Shown: positions 12,401 to 24,726 of the stretch, in pieces
How positions within the stretch are numbered: position 1 is the first letter of the stretch
Layout of the letters: each line of letters opens with the position of its first letter
From: Podarcis muralis
Lineage: Eukaryota
NCBI RefSeq assembly: GCF_964188315.1
Contig: NC_135671.1
Coordinates: 40,176,001-40,240,000, forward strand
DNA: 64,000 bases
Direction: 5' to 3'
Translations under genes and position numbers: made by a program
The notes under the pieces: generated by a model
The model's database searches: none
Told to the model about the DNA's origin: nothing
What the model saw: only the letters and a program-made list of their open reading frames with translations

Positions 12401-13645
12401 AAAAAGGCTGATCGCCGAAGAATTGATGCTTTTGAATTATGGTGCTGGAGGAGACTCTTGAGAGTCCCATGGACCTGCAAGAAGATCAAACGCATCCATT
12501 CTTAAGGAAATCAGACCTGAGTGCTCACTGGAAGGACAGATCCTGAAGCTGAGGCTCCAATACTTTGGCCACCTCATGAGAAGAGGAGACTCCCTGGAAA
12601 AGACCCTGATGTTGGGAAAGATTGAGGGCACAAGGAGAAGGGGACGACAGAGGACAAGATGGTTGGATAGTGTTCTCGAAGCTACCAGCATAAGTTTGAC
12701 CAAACTGCGGGAGGCAGTGGAAGACAGAAGTGCCTGGCGTGCTCTGGTCCATGGGGTCACGAAGTCGGACACGACTAAACGACTAAACAACAACAAAAAG
12801 TTACAATAAATGTTGGAGATGCAAATCCCATGAAGGAATTTTCTTCCACATGTGGTGGACGTGCCTAGAAATTAAAAAATCTGGGACACAGTCTTCGAAG
12901 AGTTAAAAAAATAAAATAAAATTAACATTCAATAAAAACCCGGAAGCATTCCTACTAGGGATTCTAACAAATAACATTCCATATGAAAGAAGAATATTTC
13001 TCTATGCAGCAACCACAGCTAGAGTATTAGTGGCAAAGTATTAGAAGAGCGAGACTATTCTTTCAAGAGAGGAATGGCAACTAAAACTTTGCGAGTACTT
13101 GGGACTTGCAAAAATGACAGAATCAATAAGAAATAAGTCAGCAGATAATCTTTAAAAAGAGTGGGAATGCTTCAGTAATTACTTAAGGAAACAAGGTTCC
13201 ACCTCTGAGATTTGGTTGTTTTTGGAATAACTCCATAAATAGGGATACATCGCTCCCTCATACCAAGGTGAGGAGAAAACATTAAATGCAGGGGGTGGGG
13301 GGAATTAGTAAGATGAAAGTCCACCACATCAGAATAATTAAAATAGGTAAAGAGATTCAATCCATATGGAAAGGTATCATATATGAGAAATGCTATGATA
13401 GGACTGAATCGTATTGAATTGTATCTAACAAAAGATACTTATTGAATCTTTTTTTAAAAAATTGTTATTGTCTTTGTTTTTTCTCGTTTCTTCTTTCTTT
13501 CTTTTTTATATATGTTGAGATGTAAGGTTTCAAAGTCTGATATTATTTGATTTATATAGAAGTTAGCAATGTATGTATTTGTTATCTATGTATTTACTTG
13601 TATATTTTAAAAAGCTGAACAAAAACAAACAAACAAAACCCAAAA
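9465..13645 (+). mobile_element. L1 ORF2 C-terminus plus 3' UTR, split by BovB (9465-9607 and 12807-13645)
   Basis: Joining the flanks gives LQKWEELWK..KCWRCKSHE..FHMWWTC (L1 ORF2 Cys-rich end). A-rich tail at about 13610-13645. Confidence 0.7.
9608..12795 (+). mobile_element. Full-length BovB LINE (APE endonuclease plus RT), inactivated
   Basis: 5' UTR, TWNVRTMN..ILGISEL..QVYAPT..GDWN..IDYIL..GSDH endonuclease, and LRYADNTT RT. Premature TGA at 11046-11048 and frameshifts. CTAAACGACTAAAC(AAC)n tail. 11-bp TSD AAAAGTTACAA (9597-9607, 12796-12806). Confidence 0.95.
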
Positions 13646-14042
13646 TTATACGACTGTTGACTTCCTGCTTGAGCCACCATGGTCAACAGCAGTTCCCATG
13701 ATAGCAGAAGCTGGGCGTTCAGCCAATTAAGGATAATCTGAGAGTAATTATCCTTGCAAGCCCCCCCTCCCCGGGTTGGGGGGCTGAGCTCACACTCGCA
13801 GATCGTCCGATACCTGCTTTTCACTTCTACAATGCGGGGGGCAGAGGATGCTGAATGCATAGCACTGCACGTATCGGTAACTCTCCAACGCAGTCACTAT
13901 GAGCAGCAGTTCCTCTGTTTTTTAAGATAGATATGAATTTGGACTTAAGAAACAGACATGTTCTGGAAGGAGATAAGATAACCTGCTAAATGAATCAGCC
14001 ACTGAGTGCCAAGGTCTCGATCTGGAGAGGACTGCCATTGCA

Positions 14043-14267
14043 CAGTGGTACCACCTGTTACAAACGCTTTGGGTTACAAACCTTTCAGGTTACAGACTCC
14101 GCTAACCCGGAAGTAGTACCTCGGGTTAAGAACTCTGCTTCAGGATGAGAACAGATATCGTGCAGTGATGGCGCAGCAGCACCAGGAGGCCCCATTAGGT
14201 TAAGAACAGTTTCAGGTTAAGAACGGACCTCCAGAACGAATTAAGTTCTTAACCCGAGGTACCACTG
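14043..14267. mobile_element. Tc1/mariner MITE, family B
   Basis: TIR CAGTGGTACC / GGTACCACTG followed by TA. Homologous to 57534-57759. Confidence 0.8.
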
Positions 14268-14987
14268 TAACTGGATTGGAAGGTGGGTGAGGGAAGCCTT
14301 TGTTTCATTCATGTGTTTTTATGATTTGGTAACCCTTCACAGAAGAAAGGAAAATAATTTCTAATGGAATATAATTGGATTGCAACTATTAATCGTATGC
14401 GAGAGGGAATCAACAAAAACATAATTTGTACGGACTAATTGAAAGAGTGGAACTGTGTGGAATATGGGATGTTTTGTATACCCCCCTAATGAGGACCCTG
14501 ACTTTGATTTATTACGGCTCGGGAGAGATACCAGCTTGTTAAAGGACGGTAAGAGATCAAAGAGAAATGCTGGAAGTCTGCCCGGAGCAAAGGCTAGATG
14601 CCAAAGAAAGATGGCGGAGAAGATTGCACAGTAAGAAATAAGTTCTCGGAGTGGTGGTGGTGGTGGGATGCCAGCAACAGGAAAGGAAAGACAAACATTA
14701 AAATGTATTCCACACAGAAAGTTACAAGATATAAACCCCTCTGGCAAACTAACAGATATGGAACAGTTAAACATGAATGAAAGTCATTATGTCAATGGCT
14801 GCTAAGATAAAGGATTAACATTGGAATTGTATTACTTGGATTAAATAAGAATGGAAGCAGGAAGAAGGAATAACAACAGCATCTCCCCAAAATCAGAACA
14901 CGGGAAGTCACCCAAAAATGTTTAATTTCATATGGAATAATTTGCTCTTTTAATTGCATTATGATTTGGTATTGTATTTGTGGCTCA

Positions 14988-15063
14988 TAGCGAGATGAGC
15001 GCCGCAACCCCAGAGTCAGCCACAACTGGACCTGATGGTCAGGGGTCCCTTTACCTTTACCTT
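14988..15063 (+). mobile_element. Sauria SINE 3' fragment
   Basis: gcgagatgagcgccgcaaccccagagtc..ggtccc(TTTACC)n tail. Confidence 0.85.
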
Positions 15064-15159
15064 TATTGGATTATTATTAATGAAAAATTAATAAAAATTA
15101 TTATAAAAAGCAAAACAATTATACAACCATCTGTAGACACCTGAAGTCCGCCCTGTATT

Positions 15160-15505
15160 CAGGGGTGGAGGAAGGGGGGTGCGGTAGGTGCAGGCCGCCC
15201 TGGGTGTCACCACTGAGGGGGGTGACAAAATGCTGGGTAGCACTCACCACCTGCAGCCACGCATCTCTCCTGGAATGAGGCGGTGGCTTGGGCGCGTGCA
15301 GGCTCCATGCTGCCCAGATAGTCCACCCACTGCCTCCCCCCCCCCAGCTGTAGGACGGCTGAGTGGGAGGAGGCAGGCAGACTCTGGAGGCCCCATGGTG
15401 TGCCCTGCCCCATGGATGGCTTGTCCTGCCCTCACCCCAACCCTATGGGTGGCTCGCCCCACCCCCGCCCCGCCACAGGCGCTCAAGCGGCTTCCTCCAC
15501 CACTG
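15160..15505. mobile_element. hAT MITE, GC-rich
   Basis: TIRs CAGGGGTGGAGGAAG / CTTCCTCCACCACTG (14 of 15 match). 8-bp TSD CCTGTATT (15152-15159, 15506-15513). Confidence 0.85.
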
Positions 15506-15584
15506 CCTGTATTGGGAAGCTTTCCATGTCTGATGTATTGTGTGTTCATTAATTCTCTGCTGGAAGCCACCCAGAGCCAAGTAC

Positions 15585-15637
15585 TATTATTATTATTATT
15601 ATTATTATTAGTAGTAGTAGTAGTAGTAGTAGTAGTA
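15585..15637. repeat. Compound (TAT)n(TAG)n microsatellite
   Basis: Direct reading of the sequence. Confidence 0.9.
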
Positions 15638-16090
15638 TTTTAGTACCCAGACAAACATTTGGAGGAAGTAGTACAGTGGTCACTTAAGGGTCGCCAAAAA
15701 AGAGGACACACACACAGAGATTTGCATAAAAATTGTATATTCTGTATATGCAAATTTAGAAAAGATTACCATAATTTAAACAGAAGTACAATGCACCTCA
15801 CCCAAGTGGGGAAAATGTTGACAAATGAACTGTGTGCCTTCCCAGTCAGTTGTTCAGGTTCTCATTGCTGAAGGACAACTTCAATACCTCTGTGCTCTTT
15901 TCTCAGTCTTTGTCTTCAAAGCAGACTTAAGGAAGACAGGGCTTCAAACAGGGAAGACCTTCAAACTGATGGCTGTTTTCTTATAGCCCTTCAAAATAGA
16001 AGACTGTCCTCTGTAAATTCAGATGCATAGGAGGAAGTTAAGTTTTGGCATTCAGACATGCATCTAGTTATATATATTTAGATGGCAATC

Positions 16091-16398
16091 NNNNNNNNNN
16101 NNNNNNNNNNNNNNNNNNNNNNNNNNNNNNNNNNNNNNNNNNNNNNNNNNNNNNNNNNNNNNNNNNNNNNNNNNNNNNNNNNNNNNNNNNNNNNNNNNNN
16201 NNNNNNNNNNNNNNNNNNNNNNNNNNNNNNNNNNNNNNNNNNNNNNNNNNNNNNNNNNNNNNNNNNNNNNNNNNNNNNNNNNNNNNNNNNNNNNNNNNNN
16301 NNNNNNNNNNNNNNNNNNNNNNNNNNNNNNNNNNNNNNNNNNNNNNNNNNNNNNNNNNNNNNNNNNNNNNNNNNNNNNNNNNNNNNNNNNNNNNNNNN
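16091..16398. other. Assembly gap (308 N)
   Basis: Run of N. Confidence 0.99.
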
Positions 16399-17416
16399 CT
16401 GCTTGACTAGCTTCTCTGAATTGCCCGATGCTAGTTTCCACTCTGGCAAGGTGGATGAAGCCTTTAATCACTGACAGCCTCTCATCTAAAGGGAAAAAAA
16501 TAGAGGAAAGTAATTGAAACAACCGCCATTCAATGGAAAGAGAACCCAGCATTAGGGTGATTTAGAGAATTACGGTATCTGAGGGGCAAATTGGAGGCTA
16601 TCCACCACTCCCTGTGCACACCAGCAGGAAACAACAGAACAGGCTTGCAAACTTGCAGACTTGCAAGGAGAAGCCTTTCATTTGGTGTTAGAAACCTTTG
16701 CTGAATGAAATGTACTTGTGACTAGACCTTATTGAAGGATCCTGCCTATGGGGAAGCAGATCCCTTCATAATATTGCAGTTTAGTCTTGTGTGGAACCTA
16801 TTTTGATTGTATGCAATGCTTCAGTGGTTCTGAGTCAAATCTGTTTTATATGTAGGGTGGTTACTTAAACATTGCAAAAATGAAGATGCAATACAGCCTA
16901 GATATGCATAAAATTTGCTGGCACATATTAAATTTGCATAATTCTTACAATTCAAATAAAAATGCAATACATTTCACCATAGTGGGGAAGACAGTGTTTG
17001 TTTGTTTGTTTGTTTGTTATTATGGCAAAACAGCCAGCATATTAGAGGGAAGACAGTGAGCAGATACCCAGTGTGCCTCTTCAGTCTGCTGTCCTGATGT
17101 TACTAAGTGCAGATAGACAAAGCTCTCCATTATTATGGTCTTGTAATATTAATATGGACTTGGACAGGACACCCCTTCAAATAGAGAACTGTGCTCTGCA
17201 ACGTAAGTAATTTTGTTGTCCCCGAGAGGGGGCAATGACAATAAAGATATTATTATTATTATTATAGGAGACATGGCCAGCCTCCTGATAGGAGAGCTTC
17301 ATGTGTGAATGTGCCACTGCATTATTCTTACAATTATAATCAATATGCCATAGTTATGCACTGAATGGCTGGACAGTCAGCCATTCAGTATGTCAGCCTA
17401 AGAAGTGGCATCTCTT

Positions 17417-18524
17417 TTTTTTTTTTAAATAATTTTTATTAACCGGCCAATCAAATCAAATCAAATCACATCACATAAATTCCGAATTACAAAGCCGAAT
17501 TTTAAATTTTGTTGGGGGGACCCATATTTCAAGATCCGAAGGGGGATTCTGATCATCTTCTTGCTACTGCATTAATGTCCAAATCAGACCAAATCAGTCC
17601 AAACAGTCTATCCAGTCTTATCTTGCTGTTTCCACATCACATCTTATTCATCTATTTTCTCTTTTTTCTTTATGATCTCTTCTGATAGTCTCCTTAAGCC
17701 GATAAACACCAATATTAATCCTGTGTGAGTTTTCCCGTTCTTCCAATCCTCTAATCGAGATGGTTTCCATATATCATCACCTTCATAGATAACATCGCTA
17801 TTTCCATCATTAATCTCACAAAACTGTCGCTCTTAAGTCCCTCTGAGGAGTTTCACCCACAATATAAAAGCAGCTCTATTTCTCTATTTCTCCTCCCAGA
17901 CTCAAGACCTCCGACAGAACTTCCCAATATGGCGACGGCATTTTTAACTGCGTCATTCCAGAGCTCTTGTACATTCCACGCTCTTCTTAAAACATGCTTT
18001 GGTTCGAAAGTTTATCTCCACACAGTCTTAAATCCACAGCTTAAGTCCTTAAAATGACATTTCTGACTCGTGAGGGGAGGGGATTCTTGTTTAATCACAT
18101 AAGGAAAGAAAGGAAAGTTTTTCCCCCTCCCCCATCAGTCATTTGCCATACCGTATCTTGGCGTATCTTCTCATGATTTATTCTTGTCTTGTTTTATCAG
18201 AGATCTCTTCTGTTAGCAGTCTTTACTCCCCCTCCTTCCTTGAAATATGTGCAATTGTTTCTTTTGAAGTTCTTGCAGCTAGTGGCGCGGATCAGGGACG
18301 GCGTCCAGGAGTGCCGGAATCCCACAGGAGGGCTTTGTGCCTAGTGCCCCCACCCCCACAAATTCGGGGGTGGTGTAGGGCACAGCAGGCAAGGGCAGTC
18401 CCCCCCCGTCCTGGGGGGGGGGGTAGGGAGGCTAATTACTCCCATCATAGCCTCCAAATTACCTTGTGTGGGTCGGAGAGATGTTATTGTCAGCCATCTT
18501 CCGATGCGCCCCCTAGTGGCCCCC
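17417..18524 (-). mobile_element. 1.1-kb non-coding polyA retroposon, probably L1-dependent
   Basis: 17-bp TSD AAGAAGTGGCATCTCTT (17400-17416, 18525-18541). AATAAA plus polyA. GC-rich 5' end with GGAAGATGGC. No long ORF. Confidence 0.8.
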
Positions 18525-18564
18525 AAGAAGTGGCATCTCTTGGCATGGAAAATTCAAAAGACAA

Positions 18565-18880
18565 CAAAGGGCTGACCCATAGAAGAGGGAGCAAGCTTGT
18601 TTTCTCCTGCTCCGGAGGGTAAGACATGAACCGATGGCTTCAAGGTACAAGAAAGGAGATTCCAACTAAACATCAGGAAGAACTTTCTGACAGTAAGAGC
18701 TGTTTGACAGTGGAATGGTCTCCCTTGGGAGATGGTGGACTCTCCTTCCTTGGAGATTTCTAAGCAGAGGTTGGATGGTCTTCTGTCATGGATGCTTTAG
18801 TTGAGATTCCTGCATTGCAGGGAGTCAGACTTGATGACCCTTGGGGGCCCTTCCAACTCTACGATTCTGTGATTCTGTGA
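18565..18880 (+). mobile_element. CR1 LINE 3' fragment
   Basis: Typical CR1 3' UTR ending in ccttccaactctacgATTCTGTGATTCTGTGA. Confidence 0.9.
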
Positions 18881-19061
18881 CATAGAAACCCTTGGATCAA
18901 CATGAAAACCATTATCTCTCTTTTCACCAGTTATTCTCATCAACACTTCCTGTGTGAAATGCTGTGATCATAAGGATTCTACATTGATACCACACGAAGG
19001 CAGAAACCATCCCCATTCATCAGAGGCATTCACAAAATACAGGCTTACATCCTTTAGGAGT

Positions 19062-19997
19062 TTAGTTGACTTTGCTTCCAAAAAGCTTCCTCAGGGCTTC
19101 CTTCATCTTGTCATTTCTCAGAGTGTAGATGAAGGGGTTCAGCATGGGTGTAACCACAGTGTACATGATGGCAGCCAGTGTGTCCTTCTCAGCTGAGAAG
19201 CTGGATGAGGGCTGGAAGTAGACCCAGATGACAGTGCCATAAAATAGGGTCACCACAGCCAGGTGGGACCCACAGGTAGAGAAAGCCTTCCACTTTCCCT
19301 CCTTAGATGGAACCCTCAACACAGCCATCAGGATGCGTGTATATGACAGGACAATGAATGCTAGAGCTCCATTAACAATCAGAGCTCCTTCTGTGTGCAC
19401 TACCAGAGTGTTCAGATAGGTGTTGGAGCAAGAGATCTTCAGCAATGGGAAGACATCACAAAAGAAGTGAGGCACTTGATTGGAGGCACAGAAAGAGAGG
19501 TGGGATGTTAGGAGGGTGTGCAGGAGAGCATGGAGATGAGAGGTCAGCCAGGAGGCAGCCACCATTAGTAGGCAGGTCCTGTTGCTCATCACTGTGGCAT
19601 AATGCAGAGGCCGACAGATGGCCACATAGCGGTCCAGTGCCATGGATGCCAAAAGAAAGCTGTCACTGATGCCAAAAGCAATGAAGAAGTACATCTGTGC
19701 CAGGCACCCACCATATGAGATCTTCCTCACTCCCGAGACTGTATTGGCCAACATCTGGGGTACGATGGTTGTTGTGAAGCAGATGTCCACAAAGGAGAGG
19801 TTGCTGAGGAAGAAGTACATGGGAGTATGGAGGAGGTGGCTATCCAACCTTATGGCCAGTACAATAATCAGATTTCCCAGCACTGTGATGATGTATATAA
19901 TCAGGAAGGTAGTGAAGAACAACATGTTCCAGTCTTGCTGGCTCGTGATGCCTAGGAGGATGAATTCAGAGACAGTGGTCCTGTTGTCTATCTCCAT
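19062..19997 (-). CDS. OR1Q1: Olfactory receptor, family 1, OR1Q1-like, 311 aa, intact
   Basis: All OR motifs intact ([45 protein letters not shown]). KISCSNTYLNTLVVHTEGA..GALAFI matches recalled human OR1Q1. Confidence 0.85.
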   Translation of the reverse strand: MEIDNRTTVSEFILLGITSQQDWNMLFFTTFLIIYIITVLGNLIIVLAIRLDSHLLHTPMYFFLSNLSFVDICFTTTIVPQMLANTVSGVRKISYGGCLAQMYFFIAFGISDSFLLASMALDRYVAICRPLHYATVMSNRTCLLMVAASWLTSHLHALLHTLLTSHLSFCASNQVPHFFCDVFPLLKISCSNTYLNTLVVHTEGALIVNGALAFIVLSYTRILMAVLRVPSKEGKWKAFSTCGSHLAVVTLFYGTVIWVYFQPSSSFSAEKDTLAAIMYTVVTPMLNPFIYTLRNDKMKEALRKLFGSKVN

Positions 19998-20015
19998 CCT
20001 GTTAGAAGACTCTAT

Positions 20016-20085
20016 CCTGCATTGCAGAGGGTTGGACTAGATGACTCTTGGGGTCCTTTCCAACTCTGCAATTCTATGATCCTAT
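20016..20085 (+). mobile_element. CR1 3'-terminal fragment (about 70 bp) inserted at the OR splice acceptor
   Basis: cctgcattgcagagggttggactagatgac..attctatgat. CTAT duplicated at 20012-20015 and 20082-20085. Confidence 0.85.
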
Positions 20086-22409
20086 GTAGGGAAGTAGAAG
20101 AGAGAGTGTAAGACAATGAACACAAGGCAAAGAATGCTGGAGATACACAGTCATTGCAGAAAAACCTATCAGAGATTTAAACAAAAATATTGTGAGTACC
20201 ATTATTCTGCAAGAGAAACAGGAGATACAACATGCTTTGAATCATGAATCTTTCCCATCCCTGCTATTTTTCAATCTCCCTTTGAAAAACAACCCAACCC
20301 CCCATAACCACAAAGAAAGTTTGTGAGACAGCTTGTAAAAAAGATCATGTTGGAGGAATTGCAAGCCCACATTAAAACAGTTAATTTAATTCAAAGAAGT
20401 ATATAACTCTGGTAGGGGAACATCCCTCCAGCTGTAGGTTGTGGCGCCCCAGCCAAGCATGGGGAGGAAATAACTCCCTCTTCTCTAGGTAAATCTCGCG
20501 TATGAGCCCAGCAAATGCACTCAGCCCCACAGTCAAATGTGCATCCCACTCCCAAAGGGCAGACCTCTCAGGCCCACCCGGCACAAGCACGAGCAAAGTC
20601 CTGAACCCAAAGTTGTCACATTTCCCCAGCTCTTTTCTCACTCACATTTTCTTTCTTTCTTACCTGCTCATACTCAATTCACACTATGGGCTATGAGACC
20701 ATGCCACTCCCAGAGGTCTGAAATCTATAAACCACTTGATTGTAAACAAACAAAAGATCCCTGAAGCAGCTAACAAAAACATAAAACTTTAAAATGATCG
20801 ATAAAAATCTTTAAAAATATGCAAAAGATGCTTAAAATCAATGGTAGCAAAAAGGAAATCAAATACATTTACCGGTAACTTCTGAATAAAAATGTTTTAA
20901 GCAGTTACTGAAAAGAGCACAATGTGGAACAAGGATTACATGGCACCTGGAACTGTGTCCGTTGCACAGATTGAAGTAGTTGGGGATGGGGATATAGGGG
21001 GTCAGGCCATCCTCCAAGTAAACTGGTCCCATGCTCTGAAGGCTTTTGAATGAGACGGTGTTTGGCTTTCTAATGATACTAGGTCCAACTAAATCCTCCA
21101 CCCAAAGAAACTGAATGCCCACCCAGATGGGTGTTTTTGCAAGTGCACTGATGCAAAGGTAGTCCATTGTTGGTGGGTTTATACTGGACCATCCACACAT
21201 CCATCCGCTCCCCGTATTTCTGCGTTATTGCTGTCTGGAGGGGCACTCTTGCACTACAACACAGCAACAGCAGAACAAAGCCCTTCATAAGGTGACATTT
21301 GCCTGATCCAACAGGCTCTTTTTACGTTCTTGTGTAAAAACCTACAGCTTTCCAAGAAACTGAGGAAGAGAGTGGGATCATCAACTCCTAACCAATAAAT
21401 TAGTCCTGATCTGTTAATCCCCACATCCTTTTTCTTTCTATAAACCCAATGAGAATTGCAATGCGTCTTGGATTCTAGTCTTCCATTCTCCCAAACCTCA
21501 TTGGAATGATGCTCTGTATTTCTAAATACAATAGACCATAAATCTCATCTTTCCCACAGCACGAATTGAGTCTTACCTGTGGTAATTCTGGAGGAGGCTG
21601 TTCTTGCTCTAGCCTTGCAGTGAACTGCAGGTGAATGAAAGGAGGTAAAAGCACAGTCAGTTGACATTGGTCTGTAGTCTGTGGCTGGTTTTTCGCCCTG
21701 TGCAACAGGCAGGACGCACACCAAGCTGGGGAAAAAACATCCTAGATCCTTTCAGGGGTTTTTTAAGCACTTTCTCAAATCTGCTGGGAAGAATTCCTAA
21801 GGGTGCAAAGAGACAGACTATTTAGAATATTTCCTGTGATTGCAACTCCTATGTTTATATGCAGTTTTGCCAAATCTATCCCTTTGTGTAAAGCAATTTC
21901 CCCATATACAATGCATTTTAATGTTATTTTAACAAATATGTGTATTTTATGCCCACTTTACCCTAGTATATGTATTTGTGTACACATTATTTGGCTGAAG
22001 AACTGTGTTACAAATTTCAAAGGATGGCTGTGTTTCACTTCACATTACTGATTTGAAAAGTGCAAATTAAGTAGGTTTGCCTTCAAAAGTGATCTGAATC
22101 TCTCCCCCATCCGTTGCCTCCTCCAATGGATAGAGTGGAGAGATGATGCTTCTGAACCAACTTCAAATCAGGATACTTGGGTTTTTTTTGGTCCTGTGTT
22201 CCTGTGGGAGTTGGGTGAATTGTGAGAGAGCAAAAAAACAATTGTCTTTTGGTTTGGCACTCTGGCACAAACCAGCTGATTTGCACCAGAGCACTGAACC
22301 ACAAAATGGGGCATTCTGAAATCCATTCAGAAGCCAATCTGTAATTCCAGGGTGTCCTGCTCAAATCAGGACAGTCGATGGGTGTGTGTTCTCAGGTCTG
22401 GCCTAAACG

Positions 22410-22537
22410 TAGAATCACAGAATTGTAGAACTAGAAGGGACTATGAGTGTCATCTAGTCCAGACCCCAATCTTTTGCCCAATGTGGGGCTTGAACCCATG
22501 ACCCTGAGATTAAGTGTCTCATGTTCTATCAACTGGA
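22410..22537 (-). mobile_element. SINE with tRNA-Lys(CTT)-derived head and CR1 3' tail
   Basis: Minus strand cagttgatagaacatgagacacttaatctcagggtcatgggttcaagccccacattgggc (tRNA-Lys-like), then ggactagatgac..attctgtgattcta. Confidence 0.8.
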
Positions 22538-24726
22538 TGAACTCTAAATGGATTTTACTATGGAATGCTGAATATTCAAGGTCCTGTAACAGAATTGTCC
22601 AGCTTCTCCTCTGGTACATGCCCTGTGTGGTTTAACCCCACTCAATGTTGTTTTTGTTGTTGATGATGATGATTGAATTTATATACCACCCTATACCCAG
22701 AGGCCTTGTTGACTCCATCTCGCTCGAGGTGCATGCTGGAGTGAATTAAAGGCCACATGAGCTGCTCTGCCTGAATCAAAGCTACCTGCATTTACATATC
22801 CCCACCTTCATGTGGGGAGGACTGTTTCCTATAGATGTTGGGGACTTTGCCCTTTATTGACTCCTCCAACATCACAACTCCACCATTTGACTGTTTCATT
22901 CCTCAAAACACCTGTGTGATGAACTTTTCCATTTCACCCTCTGTTGTCTCCATTTCCCCCCACATAATAAGATGTCTTGTTGCTCAGTTTCAAAAAATAA
23001 TTATTGGAATAGAGCACCATGAGATGAGTAGTGGCAAAATGGGTTGAGCTTAATATAAGAATTAAAATATGTCTTGAAACCCCAGTTATGGGCTCATCCA
23101 CACTTCTGTTTGTCCCTTGCCTAGAAAACATGAGTCTGAGCAGCTTTCTGTTTGCCTCATGCTTTCTAGGCACAGCTCTTAGCAATTTTGCCCTTGCCCC
23201 ACCATCTCCCCAAAGAAAATCCATTCTTTAGCAATAAATCAGAGCAAATGTCTGTCCGGAGAAAACTCAAGTGACATGTATCAGCTGGAGCTTCTGAACC
23301 AGACTCACATGGAATGGGTTACAGCAATCTAGCTTGAGGTTACCAATGAATGGACTACAGTGGTCAGGCTATCTCCTTTCAGGAATTGCAGTAGTTGGTG
23401 AACCAAGACACTCCTAACCACAGGACATGGGGCTTCTAGTGGCCAGCACCGCCAAGGTAGGGCAAGGGCACTGGCAAGGGAAGCTGGGCAGGAACAGGCA
23501 GCACTCGGGGGGGGGGCAGGCTGTGTGTTGCGCGCATGCTCAGAACATGCACAGCCCTGCGAGTCGCCTCATGGGTGGTGTCCTGCACAGGCAGGCCGCT
23601 GCTGCTGATCGTCTGCTTGACCCCCGCTGTCGCTCACCTGGCTAGCTGCCACCTGCCACCAACTCCCCACCCCCCATGGTCCACTTCTGCTTTTGGAAAT
23701 ATGGCAGCCCTAGCTGGGTAGGAAAATAAAGATGCACTAAAGACAAAGTTTCCAGCTATGTTTCCCATCAATTAGTAATGATGACCATGCTAATGCAATT
23801 GATTTCAATAGGCCTACTCTGAGTTTGATTTAGATGCCACCCATTGCAGTGGGCACACACACACCACCAGCATTCTAGGGCAAATTTATTTTCACACATC
23901 TTTGCACACATTATTTGGTTGAGTAAATGCATCATTGAATTTGAAGAATTGTGATCTTGGAAGGCTAGTTGTGCTTTGGTTTCAGAAAGTGCAAGTTAGG
24001 TGGGTTCACATTTAAATCCTGAGCAAACCTAATTTCTTTCCTCCCTCCCCAGTGAAAGAGTCAAGTATGGCTGCTTGCTCTCTGCCTGGCAAGTGAGCAG
24101 GTATCGCAACATTGAGCAGCAACAGCTAATGATAATAGCAGTGAAGAGTTAGACTCAGTGAAGGAGGTGACCCATGGAGAATGTATTGCCTGAGAGCCCT
24201 CCAAAGCCTCACCAGAGAAATTTATGAGACAAGAAGTTGCATTTGTAAACGTGGACACTCGAAGAAGAAATAAGCCAGGGTGGGGAATTTGTGTCCCTCC
24301 AGATATTCTTGGACTCCAGCTCCCATCTGTCTCAATCAGCATGGACACTGGAGAGGGAGGATTGGAGTTCTTGACAAACAGCTTCCGATGGACCTGTTCC
24401 CACAGCCCTGAGGTAAACTCATGCCCACAGAAGCTAGTGCCTCTTTTTAAAAAAGTTTAAGCATTCTGAGTCTGTGCTGGTACATGGGCATATTAAAAGG
24501 CAACTCTTAAAAACACAAAGCCAAAAGATGACACTAATGTTAGCATTTATCTGTGAAAAGCTCCATGCTGCCCTTTCTTCACCAATGACTTCTGACTCCA
24601 AACTGTAAAGTATGTAGTGCTTTGAACTTTACAATGCAAAGATTCTTAAGATCAACAGGAAAATCCTATCGTGAACCACCTTCCACTCCAAGCATCCACA
24701 AAATTTAGTCCTACGCCTTTGGGAAT

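Noticed and set aside
14290-14960. Unclassified repeat-like stretch
   Set aside because: Could not assign a family, TSD or meaningful ORF from sequence alone.
16045-16552. ORFs of 121-162 aa spanning the N run
   Set aside because: Artefacts of the assembly gap.
22470-22537. Possible tRNA-Lys gene
   Set aside because: Acceptor stem and anticodon arm are degenerate, there is no Pol III terminator, and it is fused to a CR1 tail. Treated as a SINE head.
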